In this document: piece after piece, positions 1 to 9,165 of the stretch
How the letters are laid out: every line of letters starts with the position of its first letter
Numbering within the stretch: the stretch's first letter is position 1
Source of the DNA: a virus
Virus record (IMG/VR): IMGVR_UViG_3300005841_000035
Location: 7,487 to 71,486 of that record
Reading direction: 5' to 3' (one strand)
DNA: 64,000 nucleotides
Position numbers and translations under genes: made by a program
The notes under the pieces: model-generated
Database searches by the model: none
What the model was told of the DNA's origin: nothing
What the model saw: the letters and a program-made list of their open reading frames with translations, nothing else

Positions 1-333
1 TCCCCGCAACACGGGCCGCTCTCCGTCCATACCCGGCTCGAGCGTCTTAATGACTTCGTCGTCCACCGGGAGGTATTCCTCGCGAAGGACGGTGCAGCCA
101 GGGAACTTTTTCTCGATGTCATCACAGAAAAGCCGACACTGGGCGACCGCGGCTGCCTGCGCATCCGACAGTCGCGGGTCGTCCAGCCCGGCCTCTGCGG
201 CGTCGTGCTGCCGGGTTCCCGCCTCAGACGCCTCGTTCGTTCCATCAGTGGGCGTCCAGCACGGGCAAGCTTCTCGCGCCTGAAGCGTCGAAGGGCTGTA
301 AGGGTGATGTTTTCTTGTTTCCGCGTTGCTCAT
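1..333 (-). CDS. Cas4-like/DUF2800-type PD-(D/E)XK exonuclease, N-terminal part (truncated by window edge)
   Basis: Manual translation MSNAETRKHHPYSPSTLQAREACPCW...EASEAGTRQHDAAE; SPS..CP..GT..H pattern; frame open to position 1. Confidence 0.6.
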   Translation of the reverse strand, partial: MSNAETRKHHPYSPSTLQAREACPCWTPTDGTNEASEAGTRQHDAAEAGLDDPRLSDAQAAAVAQCRLFCDDIEKKFPGCTVLREEYLPVDDEVIKTLEPGMDGERPVLRG

Positions 334-344
334 TTTCTTCCACT

Positions 345-376
345 CTTACCAGTGTAGCCTTTTCCGGATTTGTTAA
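345..376 (-). promoter_or_regulatory. Phage-type promoter TTAACA-N16-CACTGGT
   Basis: Copy of a motif seen 13 times, each upstream of a gene start. Confidence 0.7.
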
Positions 377-379
377 GCA

Positions 380-538
380 CTATTCTCCCATCACGCGTTT
401 TCGCATCTCGTCGTGCGTCGCCGCATTGATGATGCGCTCCTGCGCCTTGGCGTTTTTCTTCGAAGTGCATTTAGACTTCGTGCCGTGCGGCGTGGTCACC
501 TTGTAACAATGACCCTTCTTCTTGATTTTAACTGGCAT
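380..538 (-). CDS. Small basic phage protein (52 aa)
   Basis: Manual translation MPVKIKKKGHCYKVTTPHGTKSKCTSKKNAKAQERIINAA; below ORF-track cutoff. Confidence 0.6.
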   Translation of the reverse strand: MPVKIKKKGHCYKVTTPHGTKSKCTSKKNAKAQERIINAATHDEMRKRVMGE

Positions 539-754
539 GGTTCTCACCACCTTTCCGCGGAACGTAATTCCACATTCCGTATTTTCCCAACTCCCAATAA
601 TCCCCGCGCTCGCCTAGAACAACCCAGGCGGGGTTCAGTCGCGCGTGTGCGCGATAATTCATGCAAAGCCACATAATCAAAAGAGGATGGCGGTCTTTCC
701 CGCCCGTCACTCCTAACCGGAGAAGGTCATGTTCGGGCTCTCACCGAACTTGTC

Positions 755-1315
755 TTAATACTCCAGCCGGAGGACTTCGACGCTTCCTTCATAGATGAAG
801 GACGCAACCGGTGCGATTTTTCCCGTCGCGGGTTCGAAGAAGAAAACCTCCCCGTCGTTCCGGATAATAAAGTTGATGACATGCAGCCCGGTCACCCACG
901 GCTCGCTGTCGTCGAAAAGCGAGTAAGGCCCGTCCAGCTTCACGTAAGCCTTGCCGACGAGCACTCCGGGCGACCTGCCACGCCAGTGACGCACGGACCA
1001 GCAGCTCGCGAGGTATTTGAATTCGGTGGCCTTGTCGTCGCAATCGAAGACGTCCTCGAGCCACGGCCAAGTCTCCTTGCGCGCCGCCCAAAACTTTATC
1101 AGGTCGTTGATTTCCGACTGGGTCGGCGCCAGATAATACCCGTCCTCCGGCCCCAGGAGCCACGGGTTGACCGCCGGCGGACACCAGTTGACCGTTGCGG
1201 CCAGCCGAGTTTCCGCCTCGTCCCAGGTCATAAGCTGGGGAAGGTCTGGGAGTGGGGAGGGGTCGTCGGCTAGGAGAGTCCCCGCCGCCAGCAAGAGAGC
1301 CAGGAAGATTTTCAT
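755..1315 (-). CDS. Secreted papain/transglutaminase-fold cysteine peptidase-like protein
   Basis: Signal peptide MKIFLALLLAAG; FDCDDKA, LHVIN and FFEP give a Cys-His-Glu-like triad. Confidence 0.55.
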   Translation of the reverse strand: MKIFLALLLAAGTLLADDPSPLPDLPQLMTWDEAETRLAATVNWCPPAVNPWLLGPEDGYYLAPTQSEINDLIKFWAARKETWPWLEDVFDCDDKATEFKYLASCWSVRHWRGRSPGVLVGKAYVKLDGPYSLFDDSEPWVTGLHVINFIIRNDGEVFFFEPATGKIAPVASFIYEGSVEVLRLEY

Positions 1316-1325
1316 GTTCTTTCAT

Positions 1326-1355
1326 AAGAAGTGGCGGCAGGGCTCGATTTGTCAA
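1326..1355 (-). promoter_or_regulatory. Phage-type promoter TTGACA-N16-CACTTCT
   Basis: Same variant as promoters before the portal and capsid genes. Confidence 0.7.
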
Positions 1356-1359
1356 GGGC

Positions 1360-1755
1360 CTAACACAGGGCGGCGAGGCGCTCGTAGATGCTCACACCGG
1401 CGGGCGAACAGGAATCTTTGGGCGGAAGGGAGCTGGCCATCTGTTGCAGTAGGTGGGCGTGCGCGCGGAACCAGCCGATGCCATGCTGCTGGCTGTAGAG
1501 GTGCGCCAGCTCGTGCGCCATCGTGTCCACGATTTGATACACCTCGTCCCGCTCGGCCCACTTACCGTTCCTCACGTCGCGCAGCCGTAGGCGGATGTTG
1601 CCTCGCTTCGAGCAGCGACCGAAATACCACTCGCACTTCCGCTTCTCCAGGGGCCGAACGGAATGCAGTTTCAGGTCGTTCGCCTGCGCCAAGTCGAACA
1701 TGATTTTGTGGACCGTCAGATACAGCTCTCGGTCCTTTTTGCAGAGGTTACTCAC
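1360..1755 (-). CDS. WLM/SprT-like zinc metalloprotease
   Basis: IRLRLR...DTMAHELAHL..QHG..WF; likely GTG start at 1755. Confidence 0.7.
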   Translation of the reverse strand: MSNLCKKDRELYLTVHKIMFDLAQANDLKLHSVRPLEKRKCEWYFGRCSKRGNIRLRLRDVRNGKWAERDEVYQIVDTMAHELAHLYSQQHGIGWFRAHAHLLQQMASSLPPKDSCSPAGVSIYERLAALC

Positions 1756-2179
1756 GCCACGCTCCCGGAACGTGGATTTTCTTATGCACCACGCGACCGT
1801 CCGCGCAGTAAGTCGTGCCCGTGTCCGCGTCATAGTAGCCGGCCTTGGGCGCCACCAGCGCGTTGGCATCTTCGGGGTCCCACCGGGGCCACAACTTCTC
1901 CGAGAGCCACGCGCTGGGGAACAACAGCATCAGCAGTTCTTTAGGATTCGGCAAACCGACGGTCCGGTAAAAACTGCACAGGCGGCTCCATCGTCCCCCA
2001 TAAACCGCGACGGCCTCACGAACGACCGCCACGCGCTGATACTTTTTACAGAACGCCTCGTTCAGTTCTTCGAGCGTGCCGCTGATGGGGTCCAGCCCGC
2101 GGTAGTAACCGCGCTCGCGGTCGCGCTGCACTCGCGACTTGAACTTGTTGGCCAGCCAGGATTTGATTCGCTTGAACAT
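1748..2179 (-). CDS. Hypothetical protein
   Basis: ORF from MFKRIK, coupled to neighbouring genes. Confidence 0.55.
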   Translation of the reverse strand: MFKRIKSWLANKFKSRVQRDRERGYYRGLDPISGTLEELNEAFCKKYQRVAVVREAVAVYGGRWSRLCSFYRTVGLPNPKELLMLLFPSAWLSEKLWPRWDPEDANALVAPKAGYYDADTGTTYCADGRVVHKKIHVPGAWRE

Positions 2180-3129
2180 TAGCTTTTCTCGGTGAGTTGT
2201 TTTAACACGGTGGCGACGTTGCCGCTCTTGTTGCGGTCGTCGATGAGCTTGCCGCATGCTTTGGCATCGAGCTTGATTGCCATGCAGGCCATGATGTGCG
2301 CCTCATGTGGCAGGCCGGATTCCTCGTCCAGGTCTTGCCCATCGAGCAGCGCAAAAATGTGACGCAGGGCCGCTTCGTCGTAGATGGTCGCGCGCACCGC
2401 GGCGTCACGCCAGTTCCAGGCTCCATATTTTTTTGCGCCGAGATTCATTACACGCGCCAAGTAAATGAGCGCGACGGTCGGAAGCAGCCGCAACGGTGGC
2501 TTCTTGGTGCCGGCGATGTCTTTGGGGTTGGACGAAGCGACAGCGGAGGGCCGCTTGTCGTTGTCCACCTGCACAAAACTCTTGCCGTCGCCTGCCAGCT
2601 CAAAACGCTTCGCGCAGCGCCAGTCGAATACGGACTTCTCCGCGGTCGCACCCTTGGACTTCTCATAGCCGGGCAGCGCGACGTAGCCGGCGCAGCCCAT
2701 GATTGCCGTGAGGTCACGCCGCACGACCTGCTCCGCATTCATACCCTCGGGGTATTTCGTGAAGTCGTGGTCCTTAGCCAGTGACTCGATTCGAAACCCG
2801 TCCTCGCGGTCGAGCTGAGCCGGGTTCACCGGTTCGAAGCCCGCATCCCAGAGCTTTTCGGCCATCGCGTAAAAAGCGGGGAAGTTGTATTGGTCATGGC
2901 CTCTCATCGGGCCGAGGATGTAAATACGCGAGGGGTTCACTTGCGCTGGTAACTCCAGCGAGTCTCTTCCATTCGGCGAACCATTCGCTGTCATGCCACT
3001 CTGCCCAGGCGGCACGCCGCCAAACGCCGGCGGCGTTGATATGAAGGCACTCGGGGTAGGCATGGGGGTCTCTTTCATGGTCTTGATTAGGTTGTGCAGG
3101 TCCTGAAAGTTGTTGATGTTCATTTCCAC
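2179..3129 (-). CDS. DUF4406 (nucleoside deoxyribosyltransferase-like) fused to dATP/dGTP diphosphohydrolase-like (DUF5664) domain
   Basis: IYILGPMRG..YNFPAF..VNPA..SKGATAE followed by NPKD..GTKKPPL.LLP..GAKKYGAWNWR..AALRH..LPHEAH. Confidence 0.75.
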   Translation of the reverse strand: MEMNINNFQDLHNLIKTMKETPMPTPSAFISTPPAFGGVPPGQSGMTANGSPNGRDSLELPAQVNPSRIYILGPMRGHDQYNFPAFYAMAEKLWDAGFEPVNPAQLDREDGFRIESLAKDHDFTKYPEGMNAEQVVRRDLTAIMGCAGYVALPGYEKSKGATAEKSVFDWRCAKRFELAGDGKSFVQVDNDKRPSAVASSNPKDIAGTKKPPLRLLPTVALIYLARVMNLGAKKYGAWNWRDAAVRATIYDEAALRHIFALLDGQDLDEESGLPHEAHIMACMAIKLDAKACGKLIDDRNKSGNVATVLKQLTEKS

Positions 3130-3341
3130 TAGCAGGTTGGTCCGGAGATTTCATTGTCCGAATTTGGTTGGGGCACACGGGGGCGTTCGTCGTCGCAACA
3201 GGTGACGATGAGGCGACCGTTCCATTTTTTCAACTCCCGTTGGATAATTTCGTCGTCGCGCTGCTGCGTCTTGAGCAAAATTTCCCGGAGGTCGCGATAA
3301 AAAAGTCCGTTCATAAATTTTTCAGCCCGAAATTTTTTCAA
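3129..3341 (-). CDS. Hypothetical protein
   Basis: ORF in a tightly packed minus-strand operon. Confidence 0.45.
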   Translation of the reverse strand: MKKFRAEKFMNGLFYRDLREILLKTQQRDDEIIQRELKKWNGRLIVTCCDDERPRVPQPNSDNEISGPTC

Positions 3342-3738
3342 TTTCCGCTTTGACTTTTTCCCGGCGCTGCACCTTCAGTGGCCGCGCGTCCCGCCGGGCG
3401 GGGGTTAGCGTCCGTTTCGCTATAACTCCCTCAACGATAACGAGTAAGCGTTTCCAGCGCGCGGCGTCCGCCGCTACCATGCGGCCCACGATGGATCCCT
3501 CGCCGCCGTGTTCTGCGGCCAGCCGCTCGGCGTTTCGCAGAAGGCCCTTCAGGCGGCGTTGAAAGCGGCCCAGGTAAATTATGCCGCGTCGTTCCAGCCG
3601 GGTCAAAAAACTTTCCTCGCTGTAGTGTGTCGGGAAAAGATTGCAGGGACGCCGCACGCGGGTTTCACGCTCCTGGCGTGCGAGCCTTTTCAAGTGCAGC
3701 GTGCGCGAGATTAGCGGGCAGGATGATTCATCGTGCAT
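3322..3738 (-). CDS. Hypothetical basic protein
   Basis: ORF from MHDESS; operon packing. Confidence 0.45.
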   Translation of the reverse strand: MHDESSCPLISRTLHLKRLARQERETRVRRPCNLFPTHYSEESFLTRLERRGIIYLGRFQRRLKGLLRNAERLAAEHGGEGSIVGRMVAADAARWKRLLVIVEGVIAKRTLTPARRDARPLKVQRREKVKAEIEKISG

Positions 3739-4138
3739 TGGTCGCCCCCTTCTTGGTGATGCCACCAAGCGCGTAGTTTCGACGGAGAGCGGCCACGGCC
3801 TGCTCAAAGGTCTTCCCGCACCCGGACAGGTCAAGGCGCGTCTCCTGCTCCGTCACGATGACGCAGCGGCCCTTCTCCACTTTGCAGCGGCCCAGGCCCT
3901 CCACCGTCACCGTGGTGTCGGTTTTCTTCTCGTTGCGGTTCTTTGTTGGTTTCATTAGTCTCGTTGGACATGGCGACGGCATTCGCGCACACTTCACAAA
4001 AACTGAAGCGGCGCCCGGTGGCCCTGTCCACAATCGTATACTGCCTCACGTCGCACAGCTTGCCGGCAACGTCCCACGTGAGCCGGTTGTTGTCCCCGGC
4101 CTCCAGGTGAAAAGCACACAGGGGGTTGCAACAAAACT

Positions 4139-4630
4139 TCACTTGATGCGCAGCGTTAGGTCGCGCGCCGTGGAACCCAGCAGCGCCGTGATGGATTGCG
4201 CGAGGTTCGCCGCGACGGAGCCGCCCAGGACGTAGCCGCCCGTGATATTGACCGGCGTCCCCCGCAGGCGGTCGCGCAGCGTAACGTGGCAACGGTCCTG
4301 CCCGCGGCTAAACCGCAGGATGATGTCGCATGAGGCGCCGTGAAAAAATACCTGCCCGACGTGCAGTGCCAAAGATTTTTCGTCGCCGTCGTTCGGGAAC
4401 AACTGGCGGACGGTCTGACCTTCCGTCAAGCGGATGGGACCTTGTGCGCGCTTCTCGATTTTCGAGCCCACGCGCCGAACGCTCTTGGCGTCCGGGTAAA
4501 GTTCCCTCACCTTGGCCTCGAGGGCGGCGTATGTTTCGCGGGCACCCGCCCCAGGCGAGCCGCAGGGCACTTCGACAGTTACAGGTCCACCGTCCACCAT
4601 GAACTGTCCCAACATCACATTGTTATTCAT
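4139..4630 (-). CDS. Hypothetical protein
   Basis: Start MNNNVMLG directly after the promoter at 4637-4668. Confidence 0.6.
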   Translation of the reverse strand: MNNNVMLGQFMVDGGPVTVEVPCGSPGAGARETYAALEAKVRELYPDAKSVRRVGSKIEKRAQGPIRLTEGQTVRQLFPNDGDEKSLALHVGQVFFHGASCDIILRFSRGQDRCHVTLRDRLRGTPVNITGGYVLGGSVAANLAQSITALLGSTARDLTLRIK

Positions 4631-4636
4631 TCTATC

Positions 4637-4668
4637 CTTACCAGTGTAGACTTTTTCGGATTTGTTAA
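4637..4668 (-). promoter_or_regulatory. Phage-type promoter TTAACA-N16-CACTGGT
   Basis: Near-identical to 345-376. Confidence 0.7.
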
Positions 4669-4895
4669 GGGCCTTTGCAGCACCACTTGAACTTTTTCCC
4701 GCTGCCACAGGGGCACGGGTCGTATGGCTTGGGTTCCTGCCGGCGAAAGGCCACGCGGCTGCCGTCGTGCAGGCGATAGACTCGCCCCTGCTCGGTGCCC
4801 CAGAACCCGCGCACCACGGGATGCTTTCCGTTTGCGATTAGTCGAATGTGTTCGGCTAGTTCGGGGTCCGTCTGTTCTAGCGGCAGCGGGTTCAT
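4665..4895 (-). CDS. SEC-C zinc-binding motif protein
   Basis: C-terminal YDPCPCGSGKKFKWCC. Confidence 0.75.
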   Translation of the reverse strand: MNPLPLEQTDPELAEHIRLIANGKHPVVRGFWGTEQGRVYRLHDGSRVAFRRQEPKPYDPCPCGSGKKFKWCCKGP

Positions 4896-5061
4896 TCGAA
4901 GAATTGCACCTTGACTGTCCACACCATTCCGACGAGGAACGCAACCATTCCCAGCGCGGAAAAGAAAAGGGGCCAACGATTACACGCCTCGCCCAGGGCC
5001 GCGAGTGCCGCCATTATGGTGATGACAAGGGCAAACGCCTTGAGCCAGTTAAGTAAATTTT

Positions 5062-5259
5062 TCATTCGGCCTTTACCGCGTAGATTTTGAGGTGGCCCGG
5101 CTGCCGGTAGTCAACGACGAGCGTGTGCCCGTTGAAGAACAGCCCGAGCTGTCGCGCAATTTCGTTGCGGATGTCCTGGCTGATTGCGTTGTTCTTCGGG
5201 TCGGGAAAACCGATTTCCGCGAACCGCTCATCGATTTCTTTTTCGAGCTTAGATTTCAT
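5062..5259 (-). CDS. Hypothetical protein
   Basis: ORF overlapping the upstream gene's stop. Confidence 0.5.
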   Translation of the reverse strand: MKSKLEKEIDERFAEIGFPDPKNNAISQDIRNEIARQLGLFFNGHTLVVDYRQPGHLKIYAVKAE

Positions 5260-5482
5260 ATGTCAGAGAGTCCAGGCCGCAAAAGTATTCACGCAGGATT
5301 TTCACAGAGCCCGGCCCCATGCCGTAAATACGTAGGATTTTTTCATCCGGGATTTGTCGAAGTTGTTCCGGCGTCAGGTCGGGTATCCCCAAGCAACATC
5401 CCACCTTGTCCAGGATATGAAAGGGATTGCGGTCGCCCTTTCGGCGGGTGCGCAACCAGTCTTCAAAAGTTTTATCACTCAT
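5249..5482 (-). CDS. RNA polymerase alpha-CTD-like / HhH protein
   Basis: LTPEQLRQIPDEKILRIYGMGPGSVKILRE resembles alpha-CTD L..I.N.G.KS..EI. Confidence 0.5.
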   Translation of the reverse strand: MSDKTFEDWLRTRRKGDRNPFHILDKVGCCLGIPDLTPEQLRQIPDEKILRIYGMGPGSVKILREYFCGLDSLTYEI

Positions 5483-5588
5483 TCTTTTACGTCCTTTACT
5501 AGATACCAGATTGCAAAACACGTTCCAAACGACAGCCCCGTGATTAGGACCGCCAGCAGAACCGTGCAGAGGCACATCAAAACTTTTT

Positions 5589-7601
5589 TCATGCGGCCCC
5601 CTTCGCCACCTCGGCTTTTAGCTCCGTGATAAAGTCAGAGCCCAATTGCCTATGGTATTTAAAGAGGATTCGCGCCCCCAGCGCGGCCTGCTTCTGCGTA
5701 ATGCTCGCGCGGTGCGCGAGGGCGTGCCCGATGCGAACGTCCACCGCAGCGAAGCCGACATCGTCGAGCTTGCGCGCGCCGTCGCACACGCCCGCGAGCG
5801 TTTTCATTCCGAGGTGAACCAGCTCCAGGCAGCGGTCCGTCACCAGCTTGGCCTCGGCAGCGATTTTTTCAAATGTCAGCCGCACATTGGTGATGGGCTC
5901 GACTTCTTCCACTTCGGCCTCGGCCCAGTCGGTGACCTTGTCCAAGCACGCGTCAATGACGCTCAACTTTTCCACGATGGTGCGGGACATATGCGCGTCA
6001 AGCGAGCCCTCGAGCACGAGATACGAGCAGAGCACGCTGTCCTTCTGGCCGATGCGGTGCGCGCGGTCCTCCATCTGCGCATGCTTGCCCGGCACCCATT
6101 GCATCTCGACGAAGATGACGTGCGCGCCGGCGGTCAGCGTGAGCCCTTCAGCCGCGGCAAGGTTGCCCACAAAAATATTGCACTCGCTGTCGTTCTGGAA
6201 GCGGTCCACCTGTTCCATCCGCTTCTGAGAGGGCGTCTCGCCCGTAATGACCGCCGCCTGGGGAAACTTCGCGACGATGCCGGCCACCACGTCCAGGTGA
6301 TGCGCGAACACCAGCACCTTGCCGGACTCCATCGCGTCTTCGATGAACGCGAGACATTGGGGCAATTTGGCCAGCGCGACCTTGTGCCGGATTTCCGCCA
6401 TGTCTTCGAACGCGGCGCCCTGCCCGCGGCGAAGCGCGTGGACGGCCTCAGCATACTCTTCGCGGGATTCGCCAGCGCGTGCCAGCTCGACACGCGCGCG
6501 CAATTCGACCAGCGCGGCCTCGCGTTCGGCCACCATTGATTCCTCGAGGGCTAGCAGCTCGCGGCTGCCGGCAGCGTCCAGCTCGATGACTTGGCGCTGC
6601 TTCGCGGGCAGCTCGGTCAGCACGTCCTTTTTCAAACGGCGCACCATAATGGTGGAGCGAAGCTTGTGCTGCAATTCGGCTTCGTTGCTGTGGCCAGAAA
6701 AGTCCCAGCCGAACCCGTTTTGCTTGGCGGCGCAATAGCGGCGCGCGAATTGAAAAAAGTTTGTCTTCGGCCAGCTCACCGGGTCCAGGTCATTCAGCAC
6801 GGGCCAGACTTCGATGGGACGGTTTTCGATGGGCGTTCCGGTCAGCGACACCTTGCGGGCCGCGCGCGTGGACAACGTCGCCTTGGTGCGGCGCGCCTTG
6901 GGGTTCTTGATATATTGCGATTCGTCGCACACGCGCAGGTCCCAGTTCCGGTTTTGAATGTCCGGCAAAAACTTGTGGATAGTATCGTAATTTACGATGA
7001 CGATGTCCGCGCGCGAAAAAGACTTGTTGGAGTATTGCACCTCGACGGTCATCGGGCGGGTGAGCCACTTTTTCAGCTCCCGCGCCCAGTTTAGCTTGAG
7101 GGTGTTCGGGCAAACGATTAAAACGGACTTGATGTCGGGCGTGATGTTAATGAGGCCGATTGCCTGGATGGTTTTGCCCAGGCCCATTTCGTCGCCGATG
7201 AGCGCGCCGCGGCCAGCGGCCCAGCAGCCTTGCGCGTAGGCCACGCCGGCACGCTGGTAAGGCAGGTAGTTCAGCCCGGCGGGGCGAGGGATGTCCAGAG
7301 ACGCATCCTGGGCGCGCGACGCCTCCACGGCCACGCTCCGCTTGGCTTGGTCCGCCTTGGCCGCGACCGGGTCCAGGTGCGCCCACCAGTTGACTATCCA
7401 GGCGCCGTCATTCTGGCGTTTGGGGGCGATGCCGGCGGCGCGCAGGGTTTCCTTGTTCTGCTTCCATGCCTCCCAGAAGGAAGCGGGAACAGTAAAGGAC
7501 GTGCGGAGGATTCGGTCGGTGCCGTCCTGCAAGCGCACCTTTTTCGGGGCGCCCCAGGGCAAGAGGGTTTCAATCTTAATTTCGGTGGATTCGTTGCTCA
7601 T
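5589..7601 (-). CDS. SNF2-family helicase (SMARCAL1/HARP-like)
   Basis: GDEMGLGKT, CDESQ, LTGTPIENRP, MVRRLKKDV, VLVFAHH, EGLTLT, QMEDRAHRIGQ; start MSNEST follows a promoter. Confidence 0.92.
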   Translation of the reverse strand: MSNESTEIKIETLLPWGAPKKVRLQDGTDRILRTSFTVPASFWEAWKQNKETLRAAGIAPKRQNDGAWIVNWWAHLDPVAAKADQAKRSVAVEASRAQDASLDIPRPAGLNYLPYQRAGVAYAQGCWAAGRGALIGDEMGLGKTIQAIGLINITPDIKSVLIVCPNTLKLNWARELKKWLTRPMTVEVQYSNKSFSRADIVIVNYDTIHKFLPDIQNRNWDLRVCDESQYIKNPKARRTKATLSTRAARKVSLTGTPIENRPIEVWPVLNDLDPVSWPKTNFFQFARRYCAAKQNGFGWDFSGHSNEAELQHKLRSTIMVRRLKKDVLTELPAKQRQVIELDAAGSRELLALEESMVAEREAALVELRARVELARAGESREEYAEAVHALRRGQGAAFEDMAEIRHKVALAKLPQCLAFIEDAMESGKVLVFAHHLDVVAGIVAKFPQAAVITGETPSQKRMEQVDRFQNDSECNIFVGNLAAAEGLTLTAGAHVIFVEMQWVPGKHAQMEDRAHRIGQKDSVLCSYLVLEGSLDAHMSRTIVEKLSVIDACLDKVTDWAEAEVEEVEPITNVRLTFEKIAAEAKLVTDRCLELVHLGMKTLAGVCDGARKLDDVGFAAVDVRIGHALAHRASITQKQAALGARILFKYHRQLGSDFITELKAEVAKGAA

Positions 7602-7607
7602 GGCGTG

Positions 7608-7636
7608 ATTGTCGTTCAGGTCGCGGTCAGTGTCAA
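7608..7636 (-). promoter_or_regulatory. Sigma70-like promoter TTGACA-N17-GACAAT, near-leaderless
   Basis: ATG 6 nt after the -10 element. Confidence 0.6.
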
Positions 7637-7875
7637 GCGGTTTTCGCCGTGTCATACGCCCAGCCAGAAAAAATGGCCGTGCTGCGGTGTGTGTTGTGCT
7701 GGTCCGCCAGATAGTGGCAGCCGTTGGCGTCCACCTCGACGTGCAGCGGGATGCCATACCCGCGGTCCTTGAGAACACCAATCAGGCGAAAGCCTTTGGT
7801 GTTCGGGACGTCGGACATGGGATTGAGCAGGGCCAGGGCCAGCTTCGGGAGGGATATAATCGTTTGTGTTCTCAT
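7633..7875 (-). CDS. Hypothetical protein
   Basis: Compact ORF in the early arm. Confidence 0.5.
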   Translation of the reverse strand: MRTQTIISLPKLALALLNPMSDVPNTKGFRLIGVLKDRGYGIPLHVEVDANGCHYLADQHNTHRSTAIFSGWAYDTAKTA

Positions 7876-7888
7876 GGCGTAAATTAGT

Positions 7889-8185
7889 TCACTCCGCGCC
7901 CGGCGTCAAGCCAGCCGCGACACTTTCCAGAAAGTTTTTTGCCGTCCACTTGGCGTAGGCGTTGCTGGCGTCCACGACCAGCCAAACCTTGAACACCTCG
8001 CCGAAACGGGTCGGAGCCTTGCCATCGCGCAGGATGTAGTCGTGACCGTTCCAAGTGAACGCGTGAGCGGTCCCATACCAGCCGCCGAACCCCCAGCCGT
8101 TGCAGGTGTTCACCCTCTCCGACTTGCCGCGGGTGAACTGGCCGGGCGTGCAGGCCAGCTTATAAAAAAATTGGACGGTGTTCAC
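7889..8185 (-). CDS. Hypothetical protein
   Basis: GTG start overlapping the upstream stop. Confidence 0.45.
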   Translation of the reverse strand: MNTVQFFYKLACTPGQFTRGKSERVNTCNGWGFGGWYGTAHAFTWNGHDYILRDGKAPTRFGEVFKVWLVVDASNAYAKWTAKNFLESVAAGLTPGAE

Positions 8186-8574
8186 GAGATTTTCTCCAGG
8201 ACGGACAGGGCCGCAGTCACCGGGCAATCGGCATCAAAAACTTGGACGGACGCGGACCGCACCAGCAGCCCCTTGTCGTTCACAAGCTGGACCGTCGCAA
8301 AGTCGATGCTGTCGGCGTGGTCCTCGAGCAGGTTGGACAGCGCACGCTTGAGCGCGCCGCGGAAAAAGTTCACGTTGACTTCGATGGTCAGCTTGCCACC
8401 GTATTGACGGGAGCGCGCATACCCGCGGTTCAACGCCGTTAGGCGAATGTCGCCCACCTTGTCCTCGGGGATGATATCAGTATTGGCTTCCAGCCAATCC
8501 TCGTGCGTGGAGCAATCGAGGGGAGCGAATTTTCCGCTGGGTTTCACCCAGCCCGTTGATTTGGTCGTTTTCAC
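8182..8574 (-). CDS. Hypothetical phage protein
   Basis: GW.KPSGKF...HEDW...RGYAR pattern. Confidence 0.55.
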   Translation of the reverse strand: MKTTKSTGWVKPSGKFAPLDCSTHEDWLEANTDIIPEDKVGDIRLTALNRGYARSRQYGGKLTIEVNVNFFRGALKRALSNLLEDHADSIDFATVQLVNDKGLLVRSASVQVFDADCPVTAALSVLEKIS

Positions 8575-8768
8575 GCAACCTCCTTGGCAACGATGGCCAG
8601 CCCGGTCCAGAGCAGCAGTCGTTCAAACCAGTTCAGGCGGCAGCCCAGGATGGCCAGGATTGAATTGCGGCGAACCTCGCTGTAGCCGGTCCAGTGAACT
8701 TTGCCGTCCACCTTGATGATGTAGCTTTCGCGAAGTCCGCCCGGCGGGTCGATTGTAATCTTTCTCAT
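8571..8768 (-). CDS. Hypothetical protein
   Basis: Follows promoter TTGACA-N17-GATATT (8774-8802). Confidence 0.55.
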   Translation of the reverse strand: MRKITIDPPGGLRESYIIKVDGKVHWTGYSEVRRNSILAILGCRLNWFERLLLWTGLAIVAKEVA

Positions 8769-8798
8769 GGCAGAATATCGGTCAGGTTGGCGCGATTG

Positions 8799-9164
8799 TC
8801 AAGGGGCCTGCACGTATTTTGTTCGGTCCAGGCTCCTGTGGTTATCATTCGCGCGGTTGACCCAAACGGTCCGCACGACCATATCTGGCACGGCGATTGC
8901 TATGACGATGTGCAGCCTCGGGTTCACGGGCCTCGGGCGCCGCAGCAACAGCCCACGCACGCGCCCGGCGACCGTCTCCACCTTTACCAGCGTCCAGTCC
9001 GCCAGCGTCAGCGAGTGCGGCAGCTCGTGCGCCTGCACGCCGTCCTCGGCAGCAGCCACCAGGGCGTGCCGGCTGTAGTGAATCATTGAGAAGTCGATTG
9101 CGGCCACGGCGGCGACCAGGGAGGGCGGCAGAAAAACGTCCTTGTGATACTCGCGCGGTTGCAT
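8799..9164 (-). CDS. Hypothetical protein, possible DUF4258/RelE-like fold
   Basis: YSRHA...VRTVW motif pattern. Confidence 0.45.
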   Translation of the reverse strand: MQPREYHKDVFLPPSLVAAVAAIDFSMIHYSRHALVAAAEDGVQAHELPHSLTLADWTLVKVETVAGRVRGLLLRRPRPVNPRLHIVIAIAVPDMVVRTVWVNRANDNHRSLDRTKYVQAP

Positions 9165-9165
9165 G

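Noticed and set aside
2179-3129. 2-aminoadenine (Z) genome system
   Set aside because: No PurZ gene in the window; the diphosphohydrolase domain alone is insufficient
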